This document shows, in pieces, positions 1 to 8,800 of a DNA stretch of 64,000 bases. A model generated the notes under the pieces. The model saw only the letters and a program-made list of their open reading frames with translations, was not told the DNA's origin and did no database searches. The stretch is taken from NCBI RefSeq assembly GCF_053078305.1, contig NZ_CP166879.1; one strand, written 5' to 3'. The position numbers and the translations under genes were made by a program. Every line of letters begins with the position of its first letter. The stretch's first letter is position 1.

Positions 1-2325
1 CTGATTGGCGGTGTGCCCGCGATCTTTCAGCCATGCGTTCAGGCAGACGCGGGTTGCCCGCAGTGCTTCACCCTCAGGCCAGCCGGTGATACCCAGACGG
101 GTTGCCAGTTCACCCGCCATCGCCACCAGTGCAAAGCGATTCACAGCCCGGCCCACCTGGTTGCCTGCATCTTTCGGAGTCAGGGCGGCAGCATATTCCT
201 TCATCAGCGATTTTGCCTGTGCCGTTAGTCCGTTAAGATCAGCGGTCAGTGCTTTCAGCCACTCCCGGAACGGCGAACCGTAGTAGCAGGACGTGGCCCA
301 TTCAAGATGCTCTGCCAGAGCCTTGCCGCTGTCGAAGCCGTGCAGCTCCTCAAAAACGCCAAACTTCCCGGAATCGCTGGGGATCTGGATCATCCTGACT
401 TCCATCCCGGCAAAAGTACGCTCACCGGCCTTTGCCGCATGTTCGGTCAGAGATAACTCGCCAGTTGAAAAGAACAACAGGCGCCACTGCTTACGGGTAC
501 GCAGCTCACCGTCCGTACCGGCACGACCCTTGCCCTGACCGTTTGCCAGCATGTAGGCGATACTGCCTGCCTCGCGTCCGTCAACTTCCCGGATCTCATC
601 AAGCATCATGGCGGCATCGTTGCGGCGGCTGGCGCATCCCTCCAGCGCGTTGCCGGTGGCCCGCCATGTCTGCCAGTAGTCAGGCCCGCCGCAGACGGAG
701 GTTGCCGCTTTCATGGTGGTGGTCTTACCGTCTGTCGATTCCCCTTTGAGGTGGTAGCCGCCGCCGTCCATACCAACCAGCCGTAACAGTGGTGCAGCAA
801 AGGCCAGGCTGACAGCAAATGCCACGCGGGAGTTGCCGGTACAGTAGCGGGATACGTTCTCCCGCCATTCCTCTGTTGTACCCGACACGCGGAAATCACG
901 CCCCTGCACGGAAGTGGTCTGGAGAATGACACCCTCTGCACCTTCACCGCTGACCTCATCCTGCAGGACGTAAACCTGACCATGCCAGCCAGTACGGCTG
1001 ACGCAGGTCACGCGGCGTTCCGGTTTACACAGTGAGATATATTCCATCAGGCGTGCGCGTGCCTCACCGGTGGTGCTGATATAAGACAGCCCGTTAACCA
1101 GCAGTACCCGGCGCAGTTCCTCACCACTGCCGCTCAGCATTTCCATCGGCATCGCCCAGCGGCGACGCTCACCCCATGTATCTTCCCATTCCAGCAGTCG
1201 TCCGAAGTTACCGCCATCGGCATCGCAGGTGATTGCCGTAACGCGCAGCGGGCTGCATATTTTGACGTTCTGGATCTCCGTCTCACCGTTGCGCTGTACC
1301 TGCTTTTCATACCAGAGATATTCCTGGGTAAGACGGAACCCGTGCGGCAGTTGCGTGCGGCCTTCCCCGCACAGTACCAGACCGTTGCGAAAGACTTCAC
1401 GGGCACGGGTAATACCGTGCTCCCGATGAAAGTCATTCCAGTCAGCCTTAATCTCTCCTGGTGGCAGCGTCATCCAGCCGCCAACAGCTTTTGCCGCCCG
1501 TTCAGCAAAGGCTCTGCCGGGATTCTCCCCCCCGTCCTGAAAATCGTTATCACCGGCGATGATAATTTTTACCTCAGGCCAGCGTGCCCGCAGCGACTGC
1601 GCCACATTGGGCAGGTTGCCCGCAGATATGGCAGCCACTACGCATCCGGCAGTGAGCTGGCTTACCGTCAGCGCCGTAGCGTAACCTTCGGTAATCACCA
1701 CCTGTACCGGTGGTTCAGACGGTAACGGGCTGAGCGACACAAACGCGCCTTTCATCGTGCTGCCGGGCAGTATGCTTTTTTCACCCGTCGGGGCGATAAG
1801 CTGTGCACCGGTCACGGCTCCGGTGTTGGTCGTGAGTGGTAACAGCAGAGAACCGGCAGGAAAATCCTTACCGCTGATATGCTGCACGCTTCCGGTCAGA
1901 GAGGCTGGGTATCCGGCGAACCCTTTTCCTGTCAGATAGGCGCTTTCTCCCGTGTGGCTCTCTTTCATCAGCGCCGCCACGGTAAGACCCATGTCGCGTT
2001 TAGGGGCTTTTTGTCTGGCAGGCTTAACAGGCAGTTCCTGCACATCCGGCACATTAAGCATCTGCGCCACCTCCTGCGCAGCCTTTCTGACGCTGTAACC
2101 GGTTACGAGCTTAACCAGATCCAGACCGTCACCATTGCCACACTGGCTGCAGATCCACGTCCCGCGCCCGTCAAGGTCATCAAGGCGAAAACGATCCTTG
2201 CCCCCACATTTCGGGCAGGGACCGTGCCTGCCGTTTTCAGGTACATCAATACGCAGCATCTGCAGAATAACGGGCCATTTCCCCCGCGCGGCGGCTGAAA
2301 TCTGCGTAACCGTCTGTATTGTCAT
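1..2325 (-). CDS. P4 alpha-like DNA primase-helicase (zinc-ribbon, Toprim and P-loop NTPase regions); 3' end runs off the window
   Basis: Hand translation of the minus strand from ATG at 2325 stays open to position 1 (about 775 codons). N-terminus has CPKCGG...CSQCG zinc-ribbon spacing, an internal IIAGDNDF Toprim-like acidic motif and a GESTDGKTT P-loop. Absent from the ORF track because it leaves the window. Start overlaps the upstream stop as ATGA. Confidence 0.8.
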   Translation of the reverse strand, partial: MTIQTVTQISAAARGKWPVILQMLRIDVPENGRHGPCPKCGGKDRFRLDDLDGRGTWICSQCGNGDGLDLVKLVTGYSVRKAAQEVAQMLNVPDVQELPVKPARQKAPKRDMGLTVAALMKESHTGESAYLTGKGFAGYPASLTGSVQHISGKDFPAGSLLLPLTTNTGAVTGAQLIAPTGEKSILPGSTMKGAFVSLSPLPSEPPVQVVITEGYATALTVSQLTAGCVVAAISAGNLPNVAQSLRARWPEVKIIIAGDNDFQDGGENPGRAFAERAAKAVGGWMTLPPGEIKADWNDFHREHGITRAREVFRNGLVLCGEGRTQLPHGFRLTQEYLWYEKQVQRNGETEIQNVKICSPLRVTAITCDADGGNFGRLLEWEDTWGERRRWAMPMEMLSGSGEELRRVLLVNGLSYISTTGEARARLMEYISLCKPERRVTCVSRTGWHGQVYVLQDEVSGEGAEGVILQTTSVQGRDFRVSGTTEEWRENVSRYCTGNSRVAFAVSLAFAAPLLRLVGMDGGGYHLKGESTDGKTTTMKAATSVCGGPDYWQTWRATGNALEGCASRRNDAAMMLDEIREVDGREAGSIAYMLANGQGKGRAGTDGELRTRKQWRLLFFSTGELSLTEHAAKAGERTFAGMEVRMIQIPSDSGKFGVFEELHGFDSGKALAEHLEWATSCYYGSPFREWLKALTADLNGLTAQAKSLMKEYAAALTPKDAGNQVGRAVNRFALVAMAGELATRLGITGWPEGEALRATRVCLNAWLKDRGHTANQ

Positions 2326-2705
2326 ACTTCCCCCTGATACAACGTCACACCGGTACTGCAGAAGTCATCAAAGGCCGCCGGAAGCGTGCGGTACATCTCC
2401 GCCATCACTTCACAGCCGCGCGCGGTCAGTACCGGCGGCGCGGTCAGCAGTGACGGCTCCAGCATGTCAGTCAGCAGTGCCAGCGCGGCAGCGGCGCCCT
2501 GTGCTTCGCCGTACTCGTTAATCAGTGCGCACTCGATATGCAGCGCAATGGCCATTTCAATACGCTCCACCGTCAGGCTGTGCGGACCATACTGATCACT
2601 GCCAGTTTCGTTCAGCATTTTCTGCCGCCATGCTGAAGCAATAGCCCGTCGGTAAAGCGCGGTGGTCATTTCTGCCGGGAAAATGGAAACCTGCGGCTGG
2701 TTCAT
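2322..2705 (-). CDS. hypothetical protein (127 aa), island operon member
   Basis: ORF with GGAGGTG Shine-Dalgarno immediately upstream of ATG at 2705; stop overlaps the primase ATG (ATGA coupling). Confidence 0.6.
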   Translation of the reverse strand: MNQPQVSIFPAEMTTALYRRAIASAWRQKMLNETGSDQYGPHSLTVERIEMAIALHIECALINEYGEAQGAAAALALLTDMLEPSLLTAPPVLTARGCEVMAEMYRTLPAAFDDFCSTGVTLYQGEV

Positions 2706-2986
2706 CTGGCACCTCCTTCAATCAGTGCGCAGCTGTGTGCAATATCCGTCAAATCTGCCCGCAGGTACTCCATCAGCGCGGCGACACCAGGCGCACAGCC
2801 TGCGTCCAGTGCTCCGGCCTGAGACGGGTATTCAGAAAAGAGAAGCTGGAGCATGTCGCAGGCATTTCTTGCGCGGATCAGCTTTCCGAAACCGTCCTCT
2901 GACAACCCATAGGCAAAAGCACCGGTATTGTGTTTTTCAGGCAAAGTGTGGCCCTGAGCACCGTTGTGCCCGTTTGAAATATTCAT
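2702..2986 (-). CDS. hypothetical protein (94 aa), island operon member
   Basis: ORF with GGAG Shine-Dalgarno upstream of ATG at 2986; stop overlaps the next gene start (2702-2705). Confidence 0.55.
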   Translation of the reverse strand: MNISNGHNGAQGHTLPEKHNTGAFAYGLSEDGFGKLIRARNACDMLQLLFSEYPSQAGALDAGCAPGVAALMEYLRADLTDIAHSCALIEGGAR

Positions 2987-3017
2987 CGTGAATTACTCCG
3001 TTTTCAGCGGTATTTTG

Positions 3018-3377
3018 TCAGAGAAACTTTGAATAGTGACCGTCGTCAGGCTCAGCAGAACGCCGTATGGTACGCTCCCGCCAGCGGATAAATAGCACAG
3101 ACGGATGCAGTGTCAGCGGGCCGGAACCACTACTGCCTGCAGGAGCTGGTGCAGGCTTAAAGAGCGGTACATCAAACAGGCGCGTATACCGCTGTTCAAA
3201 CCATGCCAGAGGGCAGGAAGAAAGCTGGTTGTCGCTGTCATGACGTATCAGCACTTCACAGCTGAATTCAGGATTAACCAGCGCCACAGAGGGCGAGGCT
3301 TCTATTAATCGGATAATCGTGACCGTCCAGCCACGTTCATGCCGCCAGCGTTCGCCGGGGTGCGGATAATTACGCAT
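3018..3377 (-). CDS. hypothetical protein (about 119 aa), island operon member
   Basis: Track ORF 3018..3407 begins on a non-ATG codon; an in-frame ATG at 3377 is preceded by GGAGGTGA, so the shorter start is preferred. Confidence 0.5.
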   Translation of the reverse strand: MRNYPHPGERWRHERGWTVTIIRLIEASPSVALVNPEFSCEVLIRHDSDNQLSSCPLAWFEQRYTRLFDVPLFKPAPAPAGSSGSGPLTLHPSVLFIRWRERTIRRSAEPDDGHYSKFL

Positions 3378-3546
3378 GTTCACCTCCGCAGGGAATGCGC
3401 CCGGCAAAGCTCAGTACACAGTCCGGGGCAAGTCTGCGCCGCGCTGACCGCTCATTATCTGCGGTGAGCCTTAACATCACAGGACGGGCATTGCGTTGAC
3501 TGCGGTTGATCGCCGCAAATAACCAGGTACACTTCTGTTTAGCCAT
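3370..3546 (-). CDS. small hypothetical protein (58 aa), first gene of the operon leading to the primase
   Basis: ATG at 3546 preceded by GAGG at good spacing; it is the C-terminal part of the track's 244-aa ORF 3370..4104, whose upstream portion looks non-coding. Confidence 0.35.
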   Translation of the reverse strand: MAKQKCTWLFAAINRSQRNARPVMLRLTADNERSARRRLAPDCVLSFAGRIPCGGEHA

Positions 3547-3621
3547 CTTCGTTACCTCATATAGCGGATTGGTCAGAAGCCCGGTTAGTGTTGCTGCACT
3601 GTCGGGCTTCGCACTCACAAG

Positions 3622-3713
3622 GTGAATCGCACCTTTAATTTTAAAGCTACCCTTAAGTGAATCGCACTTCAAGCTTTTTATTATCATTTTTTTTGCGTAT
3701 ACTGAATCGCACC
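3622..3713. promoter_or_regulatory. three direct repeats of TGAATCGCAC(C/T) in a divergent promoter region (candidate operator sites)
   Basis: Copies read directly at 3622-3633, 3657-3668 and 3702-3713, between the minus-strand operon start (3546) and the plus-strand small gene (3734). Confidence 0.5.
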
Positions 3714-3733
3714 TAACGCGAGGAGATCCAGTA

Positions 3734-3919
3734 ATGGCAACGAGTTCAACTAACAACAAGTCGCAGCAACTTAATGCTCGTTTCCCACATGATGTAGTTG
3801 CAGAATTAGAAAGCAACCTTGAAGATGGAGAAACGAAAGCGCAATTCATTGTTACTGCTGTAAAAGGCGAGATTAAACGCCGACAGCGCAGGAAAAATAA
3901 GCCAGAGCAAGGAAGTTGA
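3734..3919 (+). CDS. small basic protein (61 aa), possible ribbon-helix-helix-type DNA-binding regulator
   Basis: ATG at 3734 preceded by AGGAG; lysine/arginine-rich C-terminus; rho-independent terminator downstream. DNA-binding role is inferred. Confidence 0.55.
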   Translation: MATSSTNNKSQQLNARFPHDVVAELESNLEDGETKAQFIVTAVKGEIKRRQRRKNKPEQGS

Positions 3920-3982
3920 ATAGAGAAGCCAACAGACGTTCTCTCTGGTCCCATGTTAATTTCAGTAAGCGACAATATTTTT

Positions 3983-4016
3983 AAGCCCACAAATTCATTA
4001 TGTCGGGCTTTTTTAT
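3983..4016 (+). terminator. rho-independent terminator downstream of the 61-aa gene
   Basis: GC stem (aagccc...gggctt) followed by a T-run at 4009-4015. Confidence 0.5.
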
Positions 4017-4030
4017 TAGTGATTTTCATA

Positions 4031-4246
4031 TCACTCACCACGAGAGGCATATATTTGCTCTTGAATCCAGTGATCAACTTCGCTTTCAACGAATGAAATT
4101 GCACGAGTTCCTATTTTCACCGGACGGGGAAATGTATTGTTTGCAAGCTGTTTGTAAAGCCATGCCTTGCTACGCTGAACGCGTCTTAATACCTCTTTTG
4201 CTGAGATAAGAGTCTGATTATCTGAAAAGCTGTTTGCATATTCCAT
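4031..4246 (-). CDS. alpA: AlpA-family phage transcriptional regulator / excisionase-like protein (71 aa)
   Basis: Size and sequence character match AlpA-type regulators of P4-like islands; ATG at 4246 preceded by GGAG. Track ORF starts earlier at 4291. Confidence 0.7.
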   Translation of the reverse strand: MEYANSFSDNQTLISAKEVLRRVQRSKAWLYKQLANNTFPRPVKIGTRAISFVESEVDHWIQEQIYASRGE

Positions 4247-4530
4247 CTTGTTACTCCGTGTTCTACTTAAGTTCACGGTGACTTTAAACACTGGGAAAAA
4301 GTGATTCTAGTGATAATGGAATCTATTAAGACAAACATTGATTCTATTGAAAAACAATAATCTCCACTGAAAAAAAGAAGTAATATTCATATGAAAGAAC
4401 ACGGAAAGAAGGAAATGCACAAAACAATAAAATTAATAAAATTCATATAGATAGGATGGAAAATCAAAAAATCATACGTCAAAAGGTATTATTACATTTT
4501 AACGATTCATATTACCTAGGAATTAGCACA

Positions 4531-4560
4531 GTATTACACCGTATTACATCGTATTACCCC
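4531..4560. repeat. three perfect tandem 10-bp repeats GTATTACNNC
   Basis: gtattacacc / gtattacatc / gtattacccc read directly in the AT-rich intergenic region between the 212-aa gene and alpA. Confidence 0.6.
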
Positions 4561-4622
4561 CTATAGCCCCTTAGAGCCTCTTGTGGCCCTTCTATTGAGA
4601 GATAGCCAGAAAATTAATAAAT

Positions 4623-5261
4623 TCACTCTCCGTATTTTATAATGTCTTTCCCCAGCTTTATTTTCTTATAAAACGTAGCTTTTTTAATCCCTTTCATTAG
4701 AATCTCATTCTCATTACAAAAAGAAACAATATCATTATATATAACACTATTATCGCTATAACTTACCTTTCCATGTCTCTTAAGCAATTCAATTAGTAAA
4801 TAAATTAATTTACAACTATAATTATCCTCATCATCTTTTCTGTACTGCCCTCTACCATTACTCCTTAATTTTTTACCAACTTCACATAATTCACTTCCTC
4901 CTAACGTCATTAGAATATCGCTCCAATCTTTATTTTTTACCTGTTGTCGTAATGCGTTCTCAATTCTCTCCTTAATCTCCACAGGTACAATACCTTCCCT
5001 CTGAAAGATATAAGCAGCAGTTAATAATAAGTTCGCCTCCACTTTTTGCGTGGCGGATACGTTTTTATATTCATTAATTAATTGTAGATTTCTGGTTATT
5101 GCCTTTCTTAATCTAATAACCTCTTTTAATTGAACCTCAGTCAATTCATCATTTTCGGTATCATAGTCAAAACCATTCATAGCAAGCGCCACTTCGTGTG
5201 GCGTTATGTAAGTTAACCTATTAAAATAAAACAAATTATTATCAAATTGAGTATTGTTCAT
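4623..5261 (-). CDS. hypothetical protein (212 aa), AT-rich orphan cargo gene immediately downstream of the integrase
   Basis: ATG at 5261 preceded by GGAGAG; clean ORF; visibly AT-rich and rich in K/N/I/E codons compared with flanking core genes; no motif I can recognise. Confidence 0.7.
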   Translation of the reverse strand: MNNTQFDNNLFYFNRLTYITPHEVALAMNGFDYDTENDELTEVQLKEVIRLRKAITRNLQLINEYKNVSATQKVEANLLLTAAYIFQREGIVPVEIKERIENALRQQVKNKDWSDILMTLGGSELCEVGKKLRSNGRGQYRKDDEDNYSCKLIYLLIELLKRHGKVSYSDNSVIYNDIVSFCNENEILMKGIKKATFYKKIKLGKDIIKYGE

Positions 5262-5290
5262 TTAAATCTCTCCGCAGCCCCCAATGGTAA

Positions 5291-6574
5291 TTATTTTCCA
5301 TGCATACGCGCAAAATCATATGGTGTGATAGATCCATTCTTATTAGCATCAATATAATCAGCCCACCATTGCAACATTAATCTTCTTTCTTCAAGATATT
5401 CGGAAGTATGCATATATGAACCTTTCACGTTTTTTCGTTCAACGTGGCTTAACTGTCTTTCAATGGCATCATCATTCCATAGTTTCGACTCACTTAGCGC
5501 ACCACGCGCCATAGTTCTAAACCCATGACCACATACTTCAGTTTTCGTATCATATCCCATTACACGTAAGGCGTTATTTACTGTATTTTCACTCATTACT
5601 TTTTTAGGATCATGATCGCTGGGAAATATAACCTCACCTTTACCACTCAAGGCATGTAAACGTTTAAAAATATCAAATGCTTGTTTGCTAAGCGGAACAA
5701 TATGTTCAGTTTTCATCTTCATCCCACGCTCAGAGTGTTTTACGCCGGGAATAGGCTTACGAATTCCGGGTATTGTCCACTCGCTTCGTTCAAAGTTAAC
5801 CTCACTCCAGCGAGCAAAACGCATCTCACTTGAACGTATAAATGTGAGTAGCGTTAATTCAACGGCAAGCCGTGTCATTAGTCGCCCTTTATAGCGTGAT
5901 AGTCTTTCAAGAAGCTCAGGAATTCTTTTTGGGGGTAGTGCTGGGTGGTGGGTTGCTTTAACGCTTAAAAGCGCTCCAGCCATATCGCATGCAGGATTTG
6001 ATTCAAGCAGGTCATTCTGCACACCAAAACGCATAATTGCGGTTACGCGCTGCATCAGTCGCTGCGCGACATCATGTTTACCTGCCGTATCGACAGCTTT
6101 GATTGGATTGAGAAGCTGGCTGGTTCTCAACGTTCTGGCATCGATTTGACCTATCGAGGGGAAAATATACTGCTCAAGTGTCAGCAGAACACGACGGCTA
6201 TGATCTTCGCTCCAAGTAAGGTTACTTGCGTGCCATTGCCTTGCGATAGTTTCAAATAAATATGCCCCCTCAATTTCAGCTTGTGCCCCCTTTTGCTCAG
6301 CTTTGGGGTCAATACCCTGAGACAACAATTTCTTTGCTGCATCGCGCTTACCCCGCGCTTCAGCCAAAGTGACAGTCGGGTATACACCAAAAGCGAGTCG
6401 ATCTTCCTTTTTGTCAGAGGGGCGGCGATATTTCATGCGCCAGTACTTAGAACCTTTAGGGGAGACCTCAAGATACAAGCCGCCTCCATCAGCCATTTTA
6501 TAAGCTTTCTCTTTCGGCTTTGCGGTCTCTATCTGGCGAGCGTTGAGTTTCATTTTGGGGGCACAAATCCTCAT
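5291..6574 (-). CDS. P4-type tyrosine integrase (site-specific recombinase)
   Basis: 427-aa ORF adjacent to the tRNA 3' end; sequence character matches P4-family integrases. True start may be the internal Met at 6553. Confidence 0.85.
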   Translation of the reverse strand: MRICAPKMKLNARQIETAKPKEKAYKMADGGGLYLEVSPKGSKYWRMKYRRPSDKKEDRLAFGVYPTVTLAEARGKRDAAKKLLSQGIDPKAEQKGAQAEIEGAYLFETIARQWHASNLTWSEDHSRRVLLTLEQYIFPSIGQIDARTLRTSQLLNPIKAVDTAGKHDVAQRLMQRVTAIMRFGVQNDLLESNPACDMAGALLSVKATHHPALPPKRIPELLERLSRYKGRLMTRLAVELTLLTFIRSSEMRFARWSEVNFERSEWTIPGIRKPIPGVKHSERGMKMKTEHIVPLSKQAFDIFKRLHALSGKGEVIFPSDHDPKKVMSENTVNNALRVMGYDTKTEVCGHGFRTMARGALSESKLWNDDAIERQLSHVERKNVKGSYMHTSEYLEERRLMLQWWADYIDANKNGSITPYDFARMHGK

Positions 6575-6717
6575 CGAATTGACATGCCCCCGATTATGCC
6601 CCCAAAAGAGGGTAGACTACAAGAGACCAACAAAGACCATTAGATACCATACTTTACTTGTTTTTTAAGGATTTTTTTGTATTTAGAGACTTCAGGAAAC
6701 GTCAAAAGAAGTGTTAA

Positions 6718-6802
6718 TGGTGCCGAAGGCCGGACTCGAACCGGCACGTATTTCTACGGTTGATTTTGAATCAACTGCGTCTACCGATTTCGCCACTTCG
6801 GC
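6718..6802 (-). tRNA. leuX: tRNA-Leu (anticodon CAA)
   Basis: Reverse complement reads GCCGAAGTGGCGAAATCGGTAGACGCAGTTGATTCAAAATCAACCGTAGAAATACGTGCCGGTTCGAGTCCGGCCTTCGGCACCA, with the CCA end facing the integrase. Confidence 0.95.
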
Positions 6803-6997
6803 ACTGAAGAGGTATGCGGAAAACGTTGTGGATTATACCTGTCGCACGCCACCATGCAAGCGCCAGCTTGCTCGCACCTCGCTAAGTGCTGAAATTTTCA
6901 GCATTGCATACAGCGATGTGTAACCTTTGTCACACTCCAGGCACCCCTCCCTGCCATGCTCTACACTTCCCAGACAACACCAGAGAAGGACCAAAAA

Positions 6998-8017
6998 ATG
7001 TCGATGATAAAAAGCTATGCCGCAAAAGAAGCGGGCGGCGAACTGGAACTTTATGAGTACGATCCCGGTGAATTGAAGCCACAAGATGTTGAAGTGCAGG
7101 TGGATTACTGCGGGATCTGCCATTCCGATCTGTCGATGATCGACAACGAATGGGGATTTTCACAATATCCACTGGTTGCCGGGCATGAGGTGATTGGTCG
7201 CGTAGTGGCGCTCGGGAGTGCCGCGCAGGATAAAGGTTTGCAGGTCGGTCAGCGTGTCGGGATTGGCTGGACGGCACGCAGCTGCGGGCATTGCGATGCC
7301 TGTATTAGCGGTAATCAGATCAACTGCGAGCAAGGTGCGGTGCCGACGATTTTGAATCGCGGCGGTTTTGCCGAGAAGTTGCGTGCGGACTGGCAATGGG
7401 TAATCCCACTGCCAGAAAATATCGACATTGAATCTGCTGGGCCGCTGTTGTGCGGCGGTATCACGGTCTTTAAACCACTGTTGATGCACCATATCACTGC
7501 CACCAGCCGCGTCGGCGTGATTGGTATTGGCGGGCTGGGGCATATCGCTATAAAACTTCTGCACGCAATGGGATGCGAGGTGACAGCCTTTAGTTCTAAT
7601 CCGGCGAAAGAGCAGGAAGTACTGGCGATGGGTGCCGATAAAGTGGTGAATAGCCGCGATCCGCAGGCACTGAAAACTCTGGCGGGGCAGTTTGATCTCA
7701 TTATCAATACTGTGAACGTCAGCCTCGACTGGCAGCCTTATTTTGAGGCGCTGACCTATGGCGGTAATTTCCATACGGTCGGTGCGGTTCTCACGCCGCT
7801 GTCTGTTCCGGCCTTTACGTTAATTGCGGGCGACCGCAGCATCTCTGGTTCTGCTACCGGCACGCCTTATGAGCTGCGAAAGCTGATGCGCTTTGCCGCC
7901 CGTAGCAAGGTTGCGCCGACCACCGAACTGTTCCCGATGTCGAAAATTAACGACGCCATCCAGCATGTGCGCGACGGTAAGGCGCGTTACCGCGTGGTGT
8001 TGAAAGCCGATTTTTGA
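6998..8017 (+). CDS. ahr: NADPH-dependent aldehyde reductase (zinc alcohol dehydrogenase family)
   Basis: Protein from [14 protein letters not shown] matches E. coli Ahr/YjgB (339 aa) as recalled; track ORF starts 14 codons earlier. Confidence 0.93.
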   Translation: MSMIKSYAAKEAGGELELYEYDPGELKPQDVEVQVDYCGICHSDLSMIDNEWGFSQYPLVAGHEVIGRVVALGSAAQDKGLQVGQRVGIGWTARSCGHCDACISGNQINCEQGAVPTILNRGGFAEKLRADWQWVIPLPENIDIESAGPLLCGGITVFKPLLMHHITATSRVGVIGIGGLGHIAIKLLHAMGCEVTAFSSNPAKEQEVLAMGADKVVNSRDPQALKTLAGQFDLIINTVNVSLDWQPYFEALTYGGNFHTVGAVLTPLSVPAFTLIAGDRSISGSATGTPYELRKLMRFAARSKVAPTTELFPMSKINDAIQHVRDGKARYRVVLKADF

Positions 8018-8020
8018 AAA

Positions 8021-8584
8021 TCATTCGCAGCGCTGATCTGAGGCGCTGCCCTCTTTCGCACATATTCTGTTTTGTCGTATCGCCAGCACAGCCTGCCGAC
8101 ATTGTTCGGTGACATTGGCAATATCATGGTTGATATCAATGCGCACAATATCCTGTTCATCTGCTTGTGGACGCTCCAGCGCCTCAAACTGACTTTTTAG
8201 TAACGCTACCGGCATAAAATGCCCAGCCCGACGCTGCATTCGCGCGAGGATAGTTTCATAGTCGCCATCTAACCAGAGGAAATGAACATGGGGGCTACCC
8301 TTGCGTAAAATATCACGATACTGTTTTTTTAATGATGAACAGACAATAAATCCTGTTTCATTCTTTTTATAAAGACTGTATGAAGCATCATTTAAGCGTT
8401 CCAGCCAGGGAAGTCGATCTTCATCAGATAATGGAATACCCTGCGACATTTTATCTATATTTTTGGCTGGATGAAGATCGTCACCATCAATAAATTTAGC
8501 AGATAATAACGCGGCAACCTTGCTACCAATTAATGTTTTACCACTCCCTGAAACGCCCATCAAAATAAAGCTTTCACCCGCCAT
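8021..8584 (-). CDS. idnK: gluconokinase (thermosensitive, idonate pathway)
   Basis: 187 aa with GVSGSGKT P-loop; position in the idn cluster. Confidence 0.93.
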   Translation of the reverse strand: MAGESFILMGVSGSGKTLIGSKVAALLSAKFIDGDDLHPAKNIDKMSQGIPLSDEDRLPWLERLNDASYSLYKKNETGFIVCSSLKKQYRDILRKGSPHVHFLWLDGDYETILARMQRRAGHFMPVALLKSQFEALERPQADEQDIVRIDINHDIANVTEQCRQAVLAIRQNRICAKEGSASDQRCE

Positions 8585-8687
8585 TTAAAATCTCCTGAAT
8601 CATCTTACCTGCTGCGATACTACGCCTGGTGGCATAATAATTTCACGTTTTTTTATTTCTGCTGATAAGAATTACAAGGCACATCAC

Positions 8688-8699
8688 GTTATGCGTAAC
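8688..8699. promoter_or_regulatory. putative GntR/IdnR-type operator half-palindrome in the idnK-idnD divergent promoter
   Basis: Near-palindrome GTTATGCGTAAC read in the intergenic region; assignment by resemblance only. Confidence 0.3.
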
Positions 8700-8800
8700 A
8701 TAGTAATGTAACAATTTTCTGACGTGATCTTCATCACAAATAATGACAATTAAAACCGCTTAAATGCTTCCGAGGTGTCTACCTGACCAGTGAGGAATTT

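Larger units (their letters stand above)
1..6735. mobile_element. P4-like integrative island at leuX (partial; extends beyond window start)
   Basis: Integrase next to the tRNA 3' end, AlpA-like regulator, primase-helicase, and AT-rich cargo in between. Confidence 0.8.

Noticed and set aside
3370-4104. Track ORF of 244 aa on the minus strand spanning the island regulatory region
   Set aside because: It runs antisense through the 61-aa gene and the repeat-containing promoter, is Cys/Ser/Arg-rich with no ribosome-binding site at its start; only its last 58 codons (from ATG 3546) look like a plausible gene.
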